Source: an uncultured Planctomycetota bacterium (lineage in GTDB: Bacteria; Planctomycetota; Planctomycetia; Gemmatales; Gemmataceae). From it: a stretch of 64,000 nucleotides of DNA. How positions within the stretch are numbered: the stretch's first letter is position 1; each line of letters opens with the position of its first letter. Shown here piece by piece: positions 22,085-32,565 of this stretch. The notes under the pieces are model-generated. The model did no database searches and had not been told where the DNA came from. It saw only the letters and a program-made list of their open reading frames with translations. The position numbers and the translations under genes are program-made. The stretch spans positions 480,001-544,000 of the forward strand of contig CAWKHF010000010.1 in the NCBI GenBank assembly GCA_963849325.1. Reading direction: 5' to 3'.

Positions 22085-22136
22085 CAGTATCGTCCGTGAG
22101 GCGAGGAAGTCAATAGAATAGTCTCACGGATGAGAC
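22085..22136 (-). promoter_or_regulatory. Sigma70-like promoter with two operator palindromes for the HTH gene
   Basis: Minus strand TTGACT-16nt-GATACT; perfect GTCTCA-cgga-TGAGAC at 22121-22136 and a 13/16 copy at 22087-22102 overlapping the -10. Confidence 0.7.
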
Positions 22137-22293
22137 GATTTTTGCGCGGCGATCCCTAGAACCATAACGGCAGGAACTGAAGAGAGGGCAGCACGTCCGC
22201 TCGCCTCCCTCAAGTTGGCGGAGAAACCGAGGCGCCTCGCGTCACGAAGAACGGCATTGTCTCACTCCAAGTCGCTTCCGAGGCGCCGGCGAC

Positions 22294-25200
22294 TTATTTC
22301 GACGTTTTCCGCGGCACGCCCTTCAGGTCATTGACCGTTAGCCGAACGGCGATCTTCGCCTTGGATTCGAGTGTCGCGCGCTGGAGCCAACCATCGATCT
22401 CCGTCCAACTCCAGTCGGAGCGATAGCCCGGCGCGGCGGTGATCTCCCGCAGCATCGTGAGGTCGTTGCCGGGGGGGCCGCCGGTCAGGTGCATGGCGAT
22501 GGCGCGGAAACCGCAGAGCAAGGCGAGGTTTCTTCTCTTCGTCTCGCCGGCGCCGCCGGGCTTCCATCCTTTCCTGTCCAGCTCGGCCATCAACTTCAGC
22601 GCCTCCGCGGGTTGTCCCGTGATAATCAACGTCTCGAACAGTTTCAGCGCGTCGCCGGTGCCGGACTCGCTTTGGGGATCGCGTTCCAAATCCCGCCGGA
22701 ACGCCGCGACCTTCCAATTCATCATCTCCCGGACGAAGACGTCCGCGAACACTTTCTTGTCTTTCTCGGCCTCGCCTTTGCTCCCCTTCAACAACTCGGT
22801 GATGTCCTTTGGCAGCACGATGCGAACGTTCGAGTCGAGCTCAAACAACTGGGCGAGCTTGCGGGCCGCCGAGACGTGACCCTGGCGCACCGCCCGAAAA
22901 GCCCAGCGAGCCGCCTCGATCGGGTTGTCCTTCTGAAGCAGCTCGGCCAGGGCAGCCTGTCCTTCGCCGACCTGCTGGCGCCACGTCGCCTGGAACGATT
23001 CATCCAGCAACCCCTCGAAGGTGTCGAGGTGACGGCGGTACAGGAGGTAGGCGCTCTCGAAGCTGTTGAGCTGAGCGTGTACACGGCCAAGGCTGAAGTA
23101 GACGCGGCCCAGCAACTCGCGCAAGCCAGCGTCGGCGGGAGAACGCCGAGACAATCCCTCCAGCAGCCGCTGCGCCGCCTGAAATGACGGCACGGCCTCG
23201 GTTTGACGTTTCGCCCGGGCGCAGGCATCGCCCAGCTCGTGGTAGCCCCGAGCCAGGTCGAGCCGAGCGGAAACGCTCGGCGTTTTGTCCGCCCTCGCCT
23301 TGAGATCGACGACCTTGGCGCGGAGGGAAGCGACCGGGTCCACTTTCTCTCCCGGGGGAGCGGAGGCCGTGTTGGGATCCTCGTCCGGGTTTTCGGCCGT
23401 CGTCGTGCCCAGGGCGTAAACGCACAGATCCTGGAACGACACGTTATTATCGTGGGCGATCTTGTGCAGCTTGCGGAACGATTCACGAACTTCTTCCGGG
23501 ACTTTTCCGCCGCGCTCTTCCAGCAGCCACCGCGCCTGGTCTTCGAGCGGGTCTTTCGGCCACGGGGTTTCGGTGATGTAGATGTGGAAGGGATATTTCA
23601 AGCCGTCGAAGTCGCACGGGACGGTGAAGCGCTTCATGCCGGGACTGCTCGCGACGAACTTGCGCAAGCGAACGGCCTCGTCCTCATCCGTGGGATTTTT
23701 CGGATCGACATACGGGTCAATCTTCATGCCCTGGATGGGACCGAGCCAGACCTTCAGGTATTCTCTCTGGGCGAGTACCTCGTTGCGAGAATCGGCTCGG
23801 GCCTGGTGACACTCGACCAGATGCATGTAATTGCCGCCCACCTGCTGACGCAACCACCAGTGCCACGGCGCCTCCTCGAAGGCGGATTTGCTCGCCGCCA
23901 AGGCGTCGTTGTAGGCTTGAACCGCTTCCCGAAGCAGTCCCGCCTGCTGATACAGCCCGGCGGCAAGACTCAACATCGTCCCCAGGGAGCGTCGTCCCTC
24001 CCGCGTGGGACAGGATTTGCCCAACTCGTGGGCCAGATGCGCCCAGTAGAATACCTTGTCCTTGCGCTCCAGTCGCTTGGCGCACTGGACCGCGGACTCC
24101 GTGGCCTTCAAGAACTCCTCCACGCGCCACGGCTCGGGCGAAGCCGAGGGAGCGACGATCCGGGTCCGGTACACCTCGACGCATTCCTCATGCAGCGGCA
24201 GGGCCGCTGCGTCGCGCTTGGCTTCCTCCTCCTCGTACAGGGCGCGGCGGTAAAGGACCTGAGTAAACTGAGAATTGACCTCGGGACTGGCCGCGAAGCG
24301 TTCGGCCAACTTGCGCCCGTCTGTCACGGCGGCATCGAGCGCCCGCAGATATTCGCTTTGACGCTGGACTGGATCGGACACCATCGGGTTGACTTGATAG
24401 AACTGCGTCAGCAAGAAACGAAAGCGGATGGCGTGCCCCGCAAAGGCCTGCCAATCCTCCGCCCGCGCAGCCAGACCATCCATGAGCTGACAAACCTCCT
24501 CGCGCATCGCCTTGGCGTCGGCGAATTCTCGTCGTCGGGTCAGGAGAGTCACCATCCGGTTCAAGGTGTCGGCCAGGATCAATTGCGATCGCACCGCGTC
24601 GGGGTCCGCCTTGACCAAGGCCCGCGCCAGCACTTCGGCCTCGCGCTGACACGCCATCGCCTCCTTGCGCTTTCCCAATCGATCCACCGCCTCGGCCTTG
24701 TCACTTAGGGTATAGATTTTGTAGAACAAGAGTTGCGGAGAACCCGGGGCCAGAGTCAACCCTTCGTCGCCGGGAACCAACGCCTTGTCCAGGGCGGCCA
24801 CAAGGGCGGCCTGGTCTTTGCCATCCCAGCGAATCCAGGCCAGCTTGTACGCCGCCTCCATCAGGCCCGCCAGGCCGTCCACCTTGCGATAGTCGGCGCG
24901 GACCAACGGCTCGTACCATTCCATCGCCCGAGCATATAGTTGGGCCCGCGCCGGCTCGTCCGCTTTCCTGGTCATGCTGGAGGCGAGGGGTTGGCAGGCG
25001 CGGGCGAGCAGGAAGCGGAAATCGTTGCTGTCCGGTGCGTCCCTCAGGGCCGCTTCCGCCAGTTCGATCACCCGCGTGCAGTGCTTCCGCGCCTCTTCAT
25101 TCCGCGAGTCCGACCAGCAGAGGTAGCCCAACTCGTAATGGGCCTCGCACAGGTGTCGGCGGTGCTCCGGCACGTCGGGCGCTTGCCGCGCCAGCCGCTC

Positions 25201-27736
25201 GTAAATCTCGATGGCCTTCTCCAAATCGGCCTTGGCCCGCTCGAACGAGCCGATGCGGGCGCGGATCATGCCGAGCACTGTGTGGGCGCGGGCCAGCCGC
25301 GGCGGAAGTGTCGCATCGTCCGGACTCATGGCCACGAGTTGTTGCAAACCTTGCAGACGGACGTTGGCCATCCCCTCGTGGGCGGCATCAGCCCGGCAAC
25401 GTGCCGCAGGTCTTCCGCCTTCACCGAGGCGTAAGCCTCCTCCACCACCTTCCACACGACTTCCGACTCGCGGCGGCTTCGGGTCAGGTCGTCCAGCGCC
25501 TTCTCGGCCTTCTCGCGCTCGCGCAACTCCCGTTGACCGGCCTCAATGGCGTCATTGCGTTCGGCGCGGATGCGAACGAAGGCCAGGACCACGCCGAGCA
25601 TCGTCAACAGAAGAATGCCGGCCGCCGTCCCCAGGCCGAGCCGATGGCGACGCACGTATTTGCCCAGCAGGTAGTGCAGGCTCGGCGGCTGGGCCGAGAC
25701 CGGCTCGCCGCGCAGGAAACGGCCCAGATCCTCCGCCAGTTCCGCCGCCGTGCCGTAACGCCGCGCTCGGTCTTTCTCCAGGCACTTCAGGACGACGGCT
25801 TCCAGGTCGCGCGGAACGTGTCGATTGTGCTTGCGCGGACTGTCCGGGTCGGTAGACTGGATGCGCAGCATCAGGTCCGGCGTCGGCGTGTCCTCGCCGG
25901 CCCCGAACATTGGCCGCAAGGTCAGCAATTCCCACAGCGTCGCGCCGAGGCTGTACACGTCGGTGCGTCGATCCACCTTCCCCGCGGCGAGGACCTGCTC
26001 GGGACTGGCATAGCGAAGGGTGCCGACGAACTGGCGCGTGCGCGTCAGCCGTCCGTCGGTCTCGTCGGCGAGCTGGGCCAGGCCCAAGTCCATCAGGACC
26101 GGATGGGCCTCGGCGGGCGTCAGCATGATGTTGCCGGGCTTGATGTCGCGGTGGACGACGCCGGCCTCGTGTAGGGCGTGCGCCGCCTCCGCCACCTGCC
26201 GGACGATCTCGACCGCCCGCTCCACGTAGCCGCGCCCCGTCGGCGCCGGCGCGACGCGAGCAGGGCGCGGCGCCGACGAAGCCGCCTCGGCGTGAGGTTG
26301 GCCCTCACTCAAGGGAGTTTCGCGGCTGCGGGCCTGCTCGCACGCCGTCGTCAGCGCCTGCTGCCAGCGCGTGTCGTCCAGCTCCGCGGCGCTGCTGCCG
26401 GCCAGCTGCTCGCACACGCTCGCCAGCTCGGCCCCGTCGATCAGCTCCATCACATAGAACCACTGATCGCCCTCGGCGCCGGAGGTGAAGACCTTGACGA
26501 GGTTGGGATGTTCGACCCGTCCCAGGGCGCGGATCTCGCGGGAAAAGCGTGCCTCGCCCTTGGGGTCGCCGCTGCGGAGCATGCACTTGAGCGCCACCTG
26601 CCGCCCCAGGGACGGTTGCCAGGCGCGGTAGACGACACCCATGCCGCCCTGGCCGAGCCGGCTGAGCAGCTCGAACTCGCCGACGACCCGCGCCGCGCCG
26701 GTAGCCGGTACAGCGCCGCTCGGTTCTTCGGCGAGGCTGCGAGCGGCCCAGACATCGGCGGCGGCGCCATCGACGGATTGCCCGAGCACGTGCGACAACA
26801 GCTCCCAGCGGCCGTCTCCCAGCGCCTCCTGCTTCAAGACCTCGCCGGTGTTGTAGCAAAGATATTCGACCTGACGGCGGCCCCGGCGCGAGTTGAGGAA
26901 ATAACTGCGGGCCGCGTCGAGGTCGTGATGCACCAGGGGATACAGCGAACGCAAAGTCGGGAAAGGGACCGACACGGCCGGGTCGCGCTGGCCCTCGACG
27001 TAGACGCGATCGGTCTGCGGCAGCCGGGCGACTTCGGCTTCGGGCAGACGGAGCGGTTCGGTGCGGCGGGCCGTCTCGCCGACGAGGAGATAGCGGTCGA
27101 TGATCCAACCGCCGCCGGCCTGCCGGCGCACGTCGGTGACAAAGACCAGCCGTCGTCCGGCCAGCACATCGACGCGATCGAACAGTTCGCCCAGGCCGGA
27201 GCGCAGGGCCGCGCTCATCCCTTCGTAGAACGCGGTCGGCCGCTGTCCGGCGGCCCCGTGACCGACCTCGACGTTGCGATACTGCACCAGCCGCTCGAAC
27301 AACTCCGTCAGGCGAACCGTGCCTGCGCCCCGCCGCGGCCACCCAGCGCCTCGGTTAGCGAAGCGTACAGGCCGGCCGTCCGGGGCATGTCGTCACGGGC
27401 ACGCCCCAGCACTACGTCGCGCAGTGCCGGGAAGCCCTTGACGCCCGCGTCCGCCAGGACCGGGACCAGCCGGCGCACGAACTCCCACCAGTGCCCGACC
27501 GACGGACGAGCGAGGTTCTTGAGCCGCTCCGCCAACTCCGGATCGCGGTCCTTCAACGAGGCATATTCGCGGACGGCGACCGAGGCCATCAGTTTCAAGC
27601 CGGCTTCCCACAGGTAGTACGCCGCCAGGTGACGCTCCAGGGGCGTCTTGGCGTTGTGCGCCCGCCGATAGAGGTGGGCCAGCGGCAGCGGCAGCTTCTG
27701 CGTGAATCGATCATCGAAGGCGACGGCGGCATTCAT
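22294..27736 (-). CDS. ~1,800-aa Ser/Thr protein kinase with HEPN-like N-terminus, TM segment, TPR repeats and a DUF2610-like domain; frameshifts near 27320 and 25380
   Basis: GQGGMGVV, VALK, HRDIKPGN, DLGLA, GTLRYASPE; TPR-like helices; 'MKRFTVPCDFDG...FQDLCVYALG'; restoring one G at each break joins three ORFs. Confidence 0.8.
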
Positions 27737-27946
27737 GGTCGGTCTCGTTGGGAGAGAAGCCGGATCGCGCCCGGCGGTGAAAACCGGCGCTTCAGATCCC
27801 GGCTGAGTTCACAACTTGACGGAGAGAATGGTAACACGCCATCCAATTCCCCGCAAGAAACTCTCAATACTTGACAGAGCGGCATGCAGCGAAGATGATC
27901 GGACCAGACGCATCCGTTCCGCCCAGATCCTTACCCGAGACGGCTG

Positions 27947-29578
27947 ATGGATCCTTCGCTCCAGCCCTTGCTCACCCGTCTGGAACGTCTCTCCGACGAA
28001 TTCCGAGAGATACGCGAAGGGATCGAAAAAGCGGTCCTGGTCGCCAAGGTCGATCCCGAGATGGCCCTGACCCGCGCCCGCAAGGTGCTCGAACTGGTGG
28101 TCCGGGAGATCTTCCAGCGTCGCGTGAACGAGCCGCCCGGCACGCGCCCCTTGGAGAACCTCATCCAGCGTCTGGTCAAGGACGGCTACTTCCCCGATCG
28201 CCTGGATGCCTACGCCTCCACCATCCGCAAGCTCGGCAATGTCGACACCCACTCCTTCGGCGAAGGCGTCACGCGAACCGATGTGCGGCTGTCGCTATCG
28301 CAGCTGATGCCGATTCTCGATTGGTACTTCCAGGTCGAGCGTCCCGATGCGGTCGTGACAAAACCGCCCGCGCCGGCGGCGCCCCCGGAGAAGCCGCCTC
28401 CGCCGTCCGTCCGCGCAAACCCCACCGTTCTTGATCGGCCGGATAGAAGTCAGTCCCCGGACAAGCGGCCCCCGCTGTCCGTCCGCGCCACTCCTTCCGC
28501 AATGCCCAAGAAACCTTCCGGCCGCCCACAAGCCGCACCGGCGCCGCTGCCAGTGATCCCAGAGACGATGAGGAAGGGCCGCATCCCGGTCGCCAGGGCG
28601 ATGAAGACGGCGGACGCGAAGCCATCGAGGAAGTGGCTGCTTGGGCCGCTAGCCATCGTACTGCTTCTCGCCGGACTGCTCGGGCTAATCCTCGCGTTCG
28701 CCCCGAAGAACCATTTCCCCTCTGCCGACAGCCAATCAACCAAAACGCCATCTGGTGGCCGGTCGTCTCCAGAGTGGGGAAAATCCATCACCAACTCCAT
28801 CGGCATGAAACTCGTGCGCGTGGAGCCGGGCGTCTTCCTCATGGGTTCGCCGGAGAGCGAGAACGAACGCTTCGATGACGAACACCAACACGAAGTCGAG
28901 ATCACCCGGCCCTTCCATGTGGGCGTCTACGAGGTAACGCAAGAGCAGTACGAGCGCGTCATGGGCAAGAACCCAAATTACTTCTCTTCTACGGGTGCGG
29001 GCAAGGATACGGTGAATGGCATGGATACCCGCCAATTCCCGGTGGATGAGGTCGCATGGAAGGACGCCGTGGAGTTTTGTCGCCAGCTCTCGAAACTGCC
29101 CGAAGAGAAGGCGAATGAACGCCTGTATCGCTTGCCGACCGAGGCGGAATGGGAATACATTTCCCGAGATGGGCCTTTTTTCAAGAAACCTTCGCCACCT
29201 TTCTCTTTCGGCAATTCCCTCTCTGCCTCGCAAGCCAACTTTGACGGCAACTTCCCTTACGGCGGCACGGCCAAGGGCGTCTACTTGGAGCGCCCTACGA
29301 AAGTCGGTTCTTATCCTCCCAATCCCCTCGGCCTCTACGATCTCCACGGCAACGTCTGGGAGTGGTGCGCCGACTGGTGCGACAAGGACTACTACAAAAA
29401 CAGCCCCCGGCAAGATCCGCAGGGACCGGAAAACGGCGAGCGCCGTGTTTTGCGTGGCGGTTCCTGGGTCAGCTACGGCAGGCTCTGCCGCGCCGCCTAC
29501 CGCAACGGCAATGCGCCCGGCGATCGCGTCAACTACTACGGCTTTCGCGTTGTGTTGGTTGCCGGCGCGAGGACTTAG
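27947..29578 (+). CDS. DUF4145 (HEPN-like) + Pro-rich linker + TM + FGE-sulfatase/C-type-lectin-fold protein
   Basis: 'DPEMALTRARKVLE...IRKLGNVDTH'; 'TNSIGMKLVRVEPGVFLMGS', 'RLPTEAEWEY', 'DLHGNVWEW', 'RVLRGGSW'. Confidence 0.85.
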   Translation: MDPSLQPLLTRLERLSDEFREIREGIEKAVLVAKVDPEMALTRARKVLELVVREIFQRRVNEPPGTRPLENLIQRLVKDGYFPDRLDAYASTIRKLGNVDTHSFGEGVTRTDVRLSLSQLMPILDWYFQVERPDAVVTKPPAPAAPPEKPPPPSVRANPTVLDRPDRSQSPDKRPPLSVRATPSAMPKKPSGRPQAAPAPLPVIPETMRKGRIPVARAMKTADAKPSRKWLLGPLAIVLLLAGLLGLILAFAPKNHFPSADSQSTKTPSGGRSSPEWGKSITNSIGMKLVRVEPGVFLMGSPESENERFDDEHQHEVEITRPFHVGVYEVTQEQYERVMGKNPNYFSSTGAGKDTVNGMDTRQFPVDEVAWKDAVEFCRQLSKLPEEKANERLYRLPTEAEWEYISRDGPFFKKPSPPFSFGNSLSASQANFDGNFPYGGTAKGVYLERPTKVGSYPPNPLGLYDLHGNVWEWCADWCDKDYYKNSPRQDPQGPENGERRVLRGGSWVSYGRLCRAAYRNGNAPGDRVNYYGFRVVLVAGART

Positions 29579-29613
29579 TCAGGACCGATACGGACCCGAT
29601 AAGGAGCTGAGGC

Positions 29614-30796
29614 GTGTTATTTCTGGAGTCGCTTCGACTCGATGGCTTGCTTTCCTTTCCACCAGGCGCCGAGACGATTTCGCTGACTCCGCTGAACGTC
29701 CTTATCGGGCCAAACGGGGCCGGCAAATCCAACCTGCTCGAAGCCGTGGAATTGCTGCACGCCACCCCCACGGCCTTCGCCGCGGCTGTCCGCGACGGCG
29801 GCGGCGTGAAGGAATGGCTCTGGAAAGGGCAAGACGGCAAAGGCCAAGCGGTCATGGAAACGGTGGTCAAAGGAAAGACGCCGATTCCCGACCTCCGCTA
29901 CCGCCTGGCTTTCGCTCCCTCCGGTCAACGAACCGAAGTGCTCGACGAGGCCATCGAAGAAAGAGACAAGCGCTCCCCGAAAGAACGGGACGTTTTCTTT
30001 TACTACCGCTTTCAGAAAGGGCGGCCGGTCCTGAATGTCCGGGACACCTCCGGGGGCTATGTCCGCCGCAGTCTCAAACGAGAAGATCTCGTCCCGGACG
30101 AATCCGTACTCTCGCAGCGTAAAGGCTCTGATGTTTACCCCGAAGTCACCTGGCTCGGCCAGCAGTTTTCGCGCATCCAGACTTTCCGAGAATGGAGTTT
30201 CGGACGCTATGCCCCCGTGCGGCAACCTCAGCCGGCGGACCTGCCCAGCGACGTTCTGTTGCCCGACTCGCGCAACCTGGGTCTGATCCTCAACGAGGTG
30301 GAACACACCGACGCCGCGCCGGAGTTCAACCGCTTGCTGTCCCGTTTCTTGCCGCGCTATCACCGTTTCAGCACCCGCATTCAAGGCGGCACCGTCCAGT
30401 TCTACCTTCATGAGAAGGGCTTGAATGCCCCGATCCCGGCCACGCGCTTGTCCGACGGCACCATCCGTTTCCTGGCCATGTTGGCCTTACTCCTTTCTCC
30501 CAACCCGCCATCTCTGTTGTGCATGGAAGAGCCGGAACTCGGGCTGCACCCCGACGCCGTCAGCCTGCTGGCGGACTGTCTGGTGGATGCCTCCACGCGC
30601 ACCCAGCTCATCGTCACCACGCATTCCGACGCCCTGGTTTCGGCCCTCACGGACCATGCGGATTCGCTACTCGTGTGCGAGAATCAGGGCGGCACCGTGC
30701 TGCACCGCGTTGAGTCCCAGCGGCTTGGGCACTGGCTGGAGAAGTATCGGCTCGGCGAGATTCTGGCGTATCGGCGAGCTGGGAGGCAATCCGTGA
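29614..30796 (+). CDS. ABC-type ATPase (AAA_21/AAA_15 family); extra T near 30762 masks the true stop
   Basis: 'LIGPNGAGKSNLLEA', 'LSDGTIRF', 'MEEPELGLHP', 'VTTHS'; corrected end 'LGEIWRIGELGGNP*'. Confidence 0.85.
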
Positions 30797-31440
30797 AGGA
30801 GGTCGCCATCTACCTGGAAGGGGGCGGAGACTCGGCCCAGCAAAAGGCCGAACTGCGAACGGGGATGGACGCCTTGCTTGATCCAGAGAAGCGGGCGGCG
30901 CGGGACAAGGAGTTGCGCTGGCGAATGATACCCTGCGGCGGCCGAGAGCAAACCTTCGACGCCTTCCACAACGCCCTCCAGCAGTCCGACGAGGAGACCC
31001 TGCTGATCCTTCTGGTGGACTCAGAGGATCCCATCGGCCAGGAATCCAAAGATAAAGAGAAGAACGCCGATGCCCGTGTCCAGCACCTCACGCAACGCGA
31101 TCAATGGGACTTATCCGGCGCGGACCCCAAACAGGTCCACTTGATGGTGCAATGTATGGAGGCCTGGATCGTCGCGGATCAGGAGGCACTCGCCGCCTTC
31201 TATGGGAAGAGATTTCATGCGAATAGTTTGCCCAATCGGCTGAACTTGGAAGAAGAGCCCAAGGCGGACTTACTGAAGAAGCTCAAGAAGAGCACGGAAA
31301 AGACCCAGAAGGGAGAATACGCCAAGATCAAGCATGCCAGCAAGCTGCTGGAGAAGATCGATAGGGCGAAAGTGGGTAAGCGTTGCTCCCGCTTTGCGAC
31401 CTTCACCGCTTGGTTGGCCGAGAAGATCACAGGTGCCTGA
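30793..31440 (+). CDS. DUF4276 family (TOPRIM/RloB-like) protein
   Basis: GTGA overlap; 'IYLEGGGD', 'CGGRE', 'LLVDSE', 'MVQCMEAWIVAD', 'YAKIKHA'. Confidence 0.78.
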   Translation: MKEVAIYLEGGGDSAQQKAELRTGMDALLDPEKRAARDKELRWRMIPCGGREQTFDAFHNALQQSDEETLLILLVDSEDPIGQESKDKEKNADARVQHLTQRDQWDLSGADPKQVHLMVQCMEAWIVADQEALAAFYGKRFHANSLPNRLNLEEEPKADLLKKLKKSTEKTQKGEYAKIKHASKLLEKIDRAKVGKRCSRFATFTAWLAEKITGA

Positions 31441-31626
31441 CATTGCAGATCCCGCCTTTCCCCTCGCCGCCTCGCGACGGTCGTGTCCCGAGCATGTCCG
31501 GCCAAAGACACAAGCGATCCGCGTGGGCTGGTAGGTACGCCCGAAGACCCACGCGAGATCTCTCCTCTTTCGAGGCGTGACCGCCGTGGTTCCATGACAC
31601 GAGGAGCCGCACTCCTGGAGTCCGCC

Positions 31627-32526
31627 GTGACCACGAAGCCCTATGATCCGACGCTCAAAGCGCTGGTCGAAACCGAGCCGGAGGCGTGGCCCGCCCTCCT
31701 CGGCCGTCCGACGGGTCCGACGGCGGTGATCGACGCGGACATCGCCACCGTCAGCGGCGCCGCCGACAAGGTGCTGCGCGTATCCGCCGACCCGCCGTAC
31801 CTGCTGCATCTGGAATTCGTCAGCGGCCACGACGCCCCGACGCTGCCGCGCAAACTGCTCGTCCGCAACGCGCTGCTGGAGGACCGTCACGACTTGCCGG
31901 TGCGCAGCGGTGTGGTGCTTCTGCGTCCCGAGGCCGATTCCCCCCAGTTGACTGGGCGGTACGAACGCGGCTTCCCCGGCGAGGACGCCTACCTGGCCTT
32001 CCGTTATCAGGTGCTGCGTGTCTGGCAGCTTCCGCCGGGTCCGCTGCTGAGGGGCAGCCTGGCCTTGTTGCCGTTCGCCCTGATCGGCGCGGTGACAGAA
32101 GCGGAACTCCCTGGCATAATAAAGCGGATCGAACGGCGGCTGAACCAACGCCGGGCGCGGAGGCAAGCTCCGTTCGTGTGGGCGTCGTCCTACATCTTGC
32201 TGGGGCTGCGCTTCTCGCCCGCGCTGGCGGCCCAATTGTTCCGAGGAGTGGTGTCCATGAAAGAATCTTCGACGTACCAGGCCATTCTGGAAGAAGGGCG
32301 AGTGGAGGGGCGCAACGAGGGGGCTTTGGCCGAGGCGCGGAAAGTGCTGCGTCTTCAGGGCGAAGAAGCGTTTGGTCCCCCCGACGCTCGGATTACCGTA
32401 CTCATCGAGCGGCTAAATGATTTGACCCGCCTGGAGGATTACCTCAAGCGGATGCGAACCGCGGGGAGTTGGCAGGATTTATTCGACTCGCCCGTGCCCA
32501 CCGCGCGGAAAAGGCGACGGGGATAG
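31627..32526 (+). CDS. Rpn/YhgA-like PD-(D/E)XK nuclease family protein
   Basis: 'PYDPTLKALVE', 'ADKVLRV', 'LLHLEF', 'MKESSTYQAILEEGRVEG'; RBS GGAG before GTG. Confidence 0.75.
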   Translation: MTTKPYDPTLKALVETEPEAWPALLGRPTGPTAVIDADIATVSGAADKVLRVSADPPYLLHLEFVSGHDAPTLPRKLLVRNALLEDRHDLPVRSGVVLLRPEADSPQLTGRYERGFPGEDAYLAFRYQVLRVWQLPPGPLLRGSLALLPFALIGAVTEAELPGIIKRIERRLNQRRARRQAPFVWASSYILLGLRFSPALAAQLFRGVVSMKESSTYQAILEEGRVEGRNEGALAEARKVLRLQGEEAFGPPDARITVLIERLNDLTRLEDYLKRMRTAGSWQDLFDSPVPTARKRRRG

Positions 32527-32565
32527 CTCGTTGGCGCCGGCCAAGAGTTCTGCCGGGCGCTCGCA

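Noticed and set aside
28390-28495. Internal repeat KPPPPSVRANP / KRPPLSVRATP
   Set aside because: Short duplication within a Pro-rich linker; no sign of separate function
29614-31440. 608-aa ATPase-DUF4276 fusion in the ORF track
   Set aside because: An extra T near 30762 hides the typical 'GEIWRIGELGGNP*' end; the GTGA overlap indicates two genes
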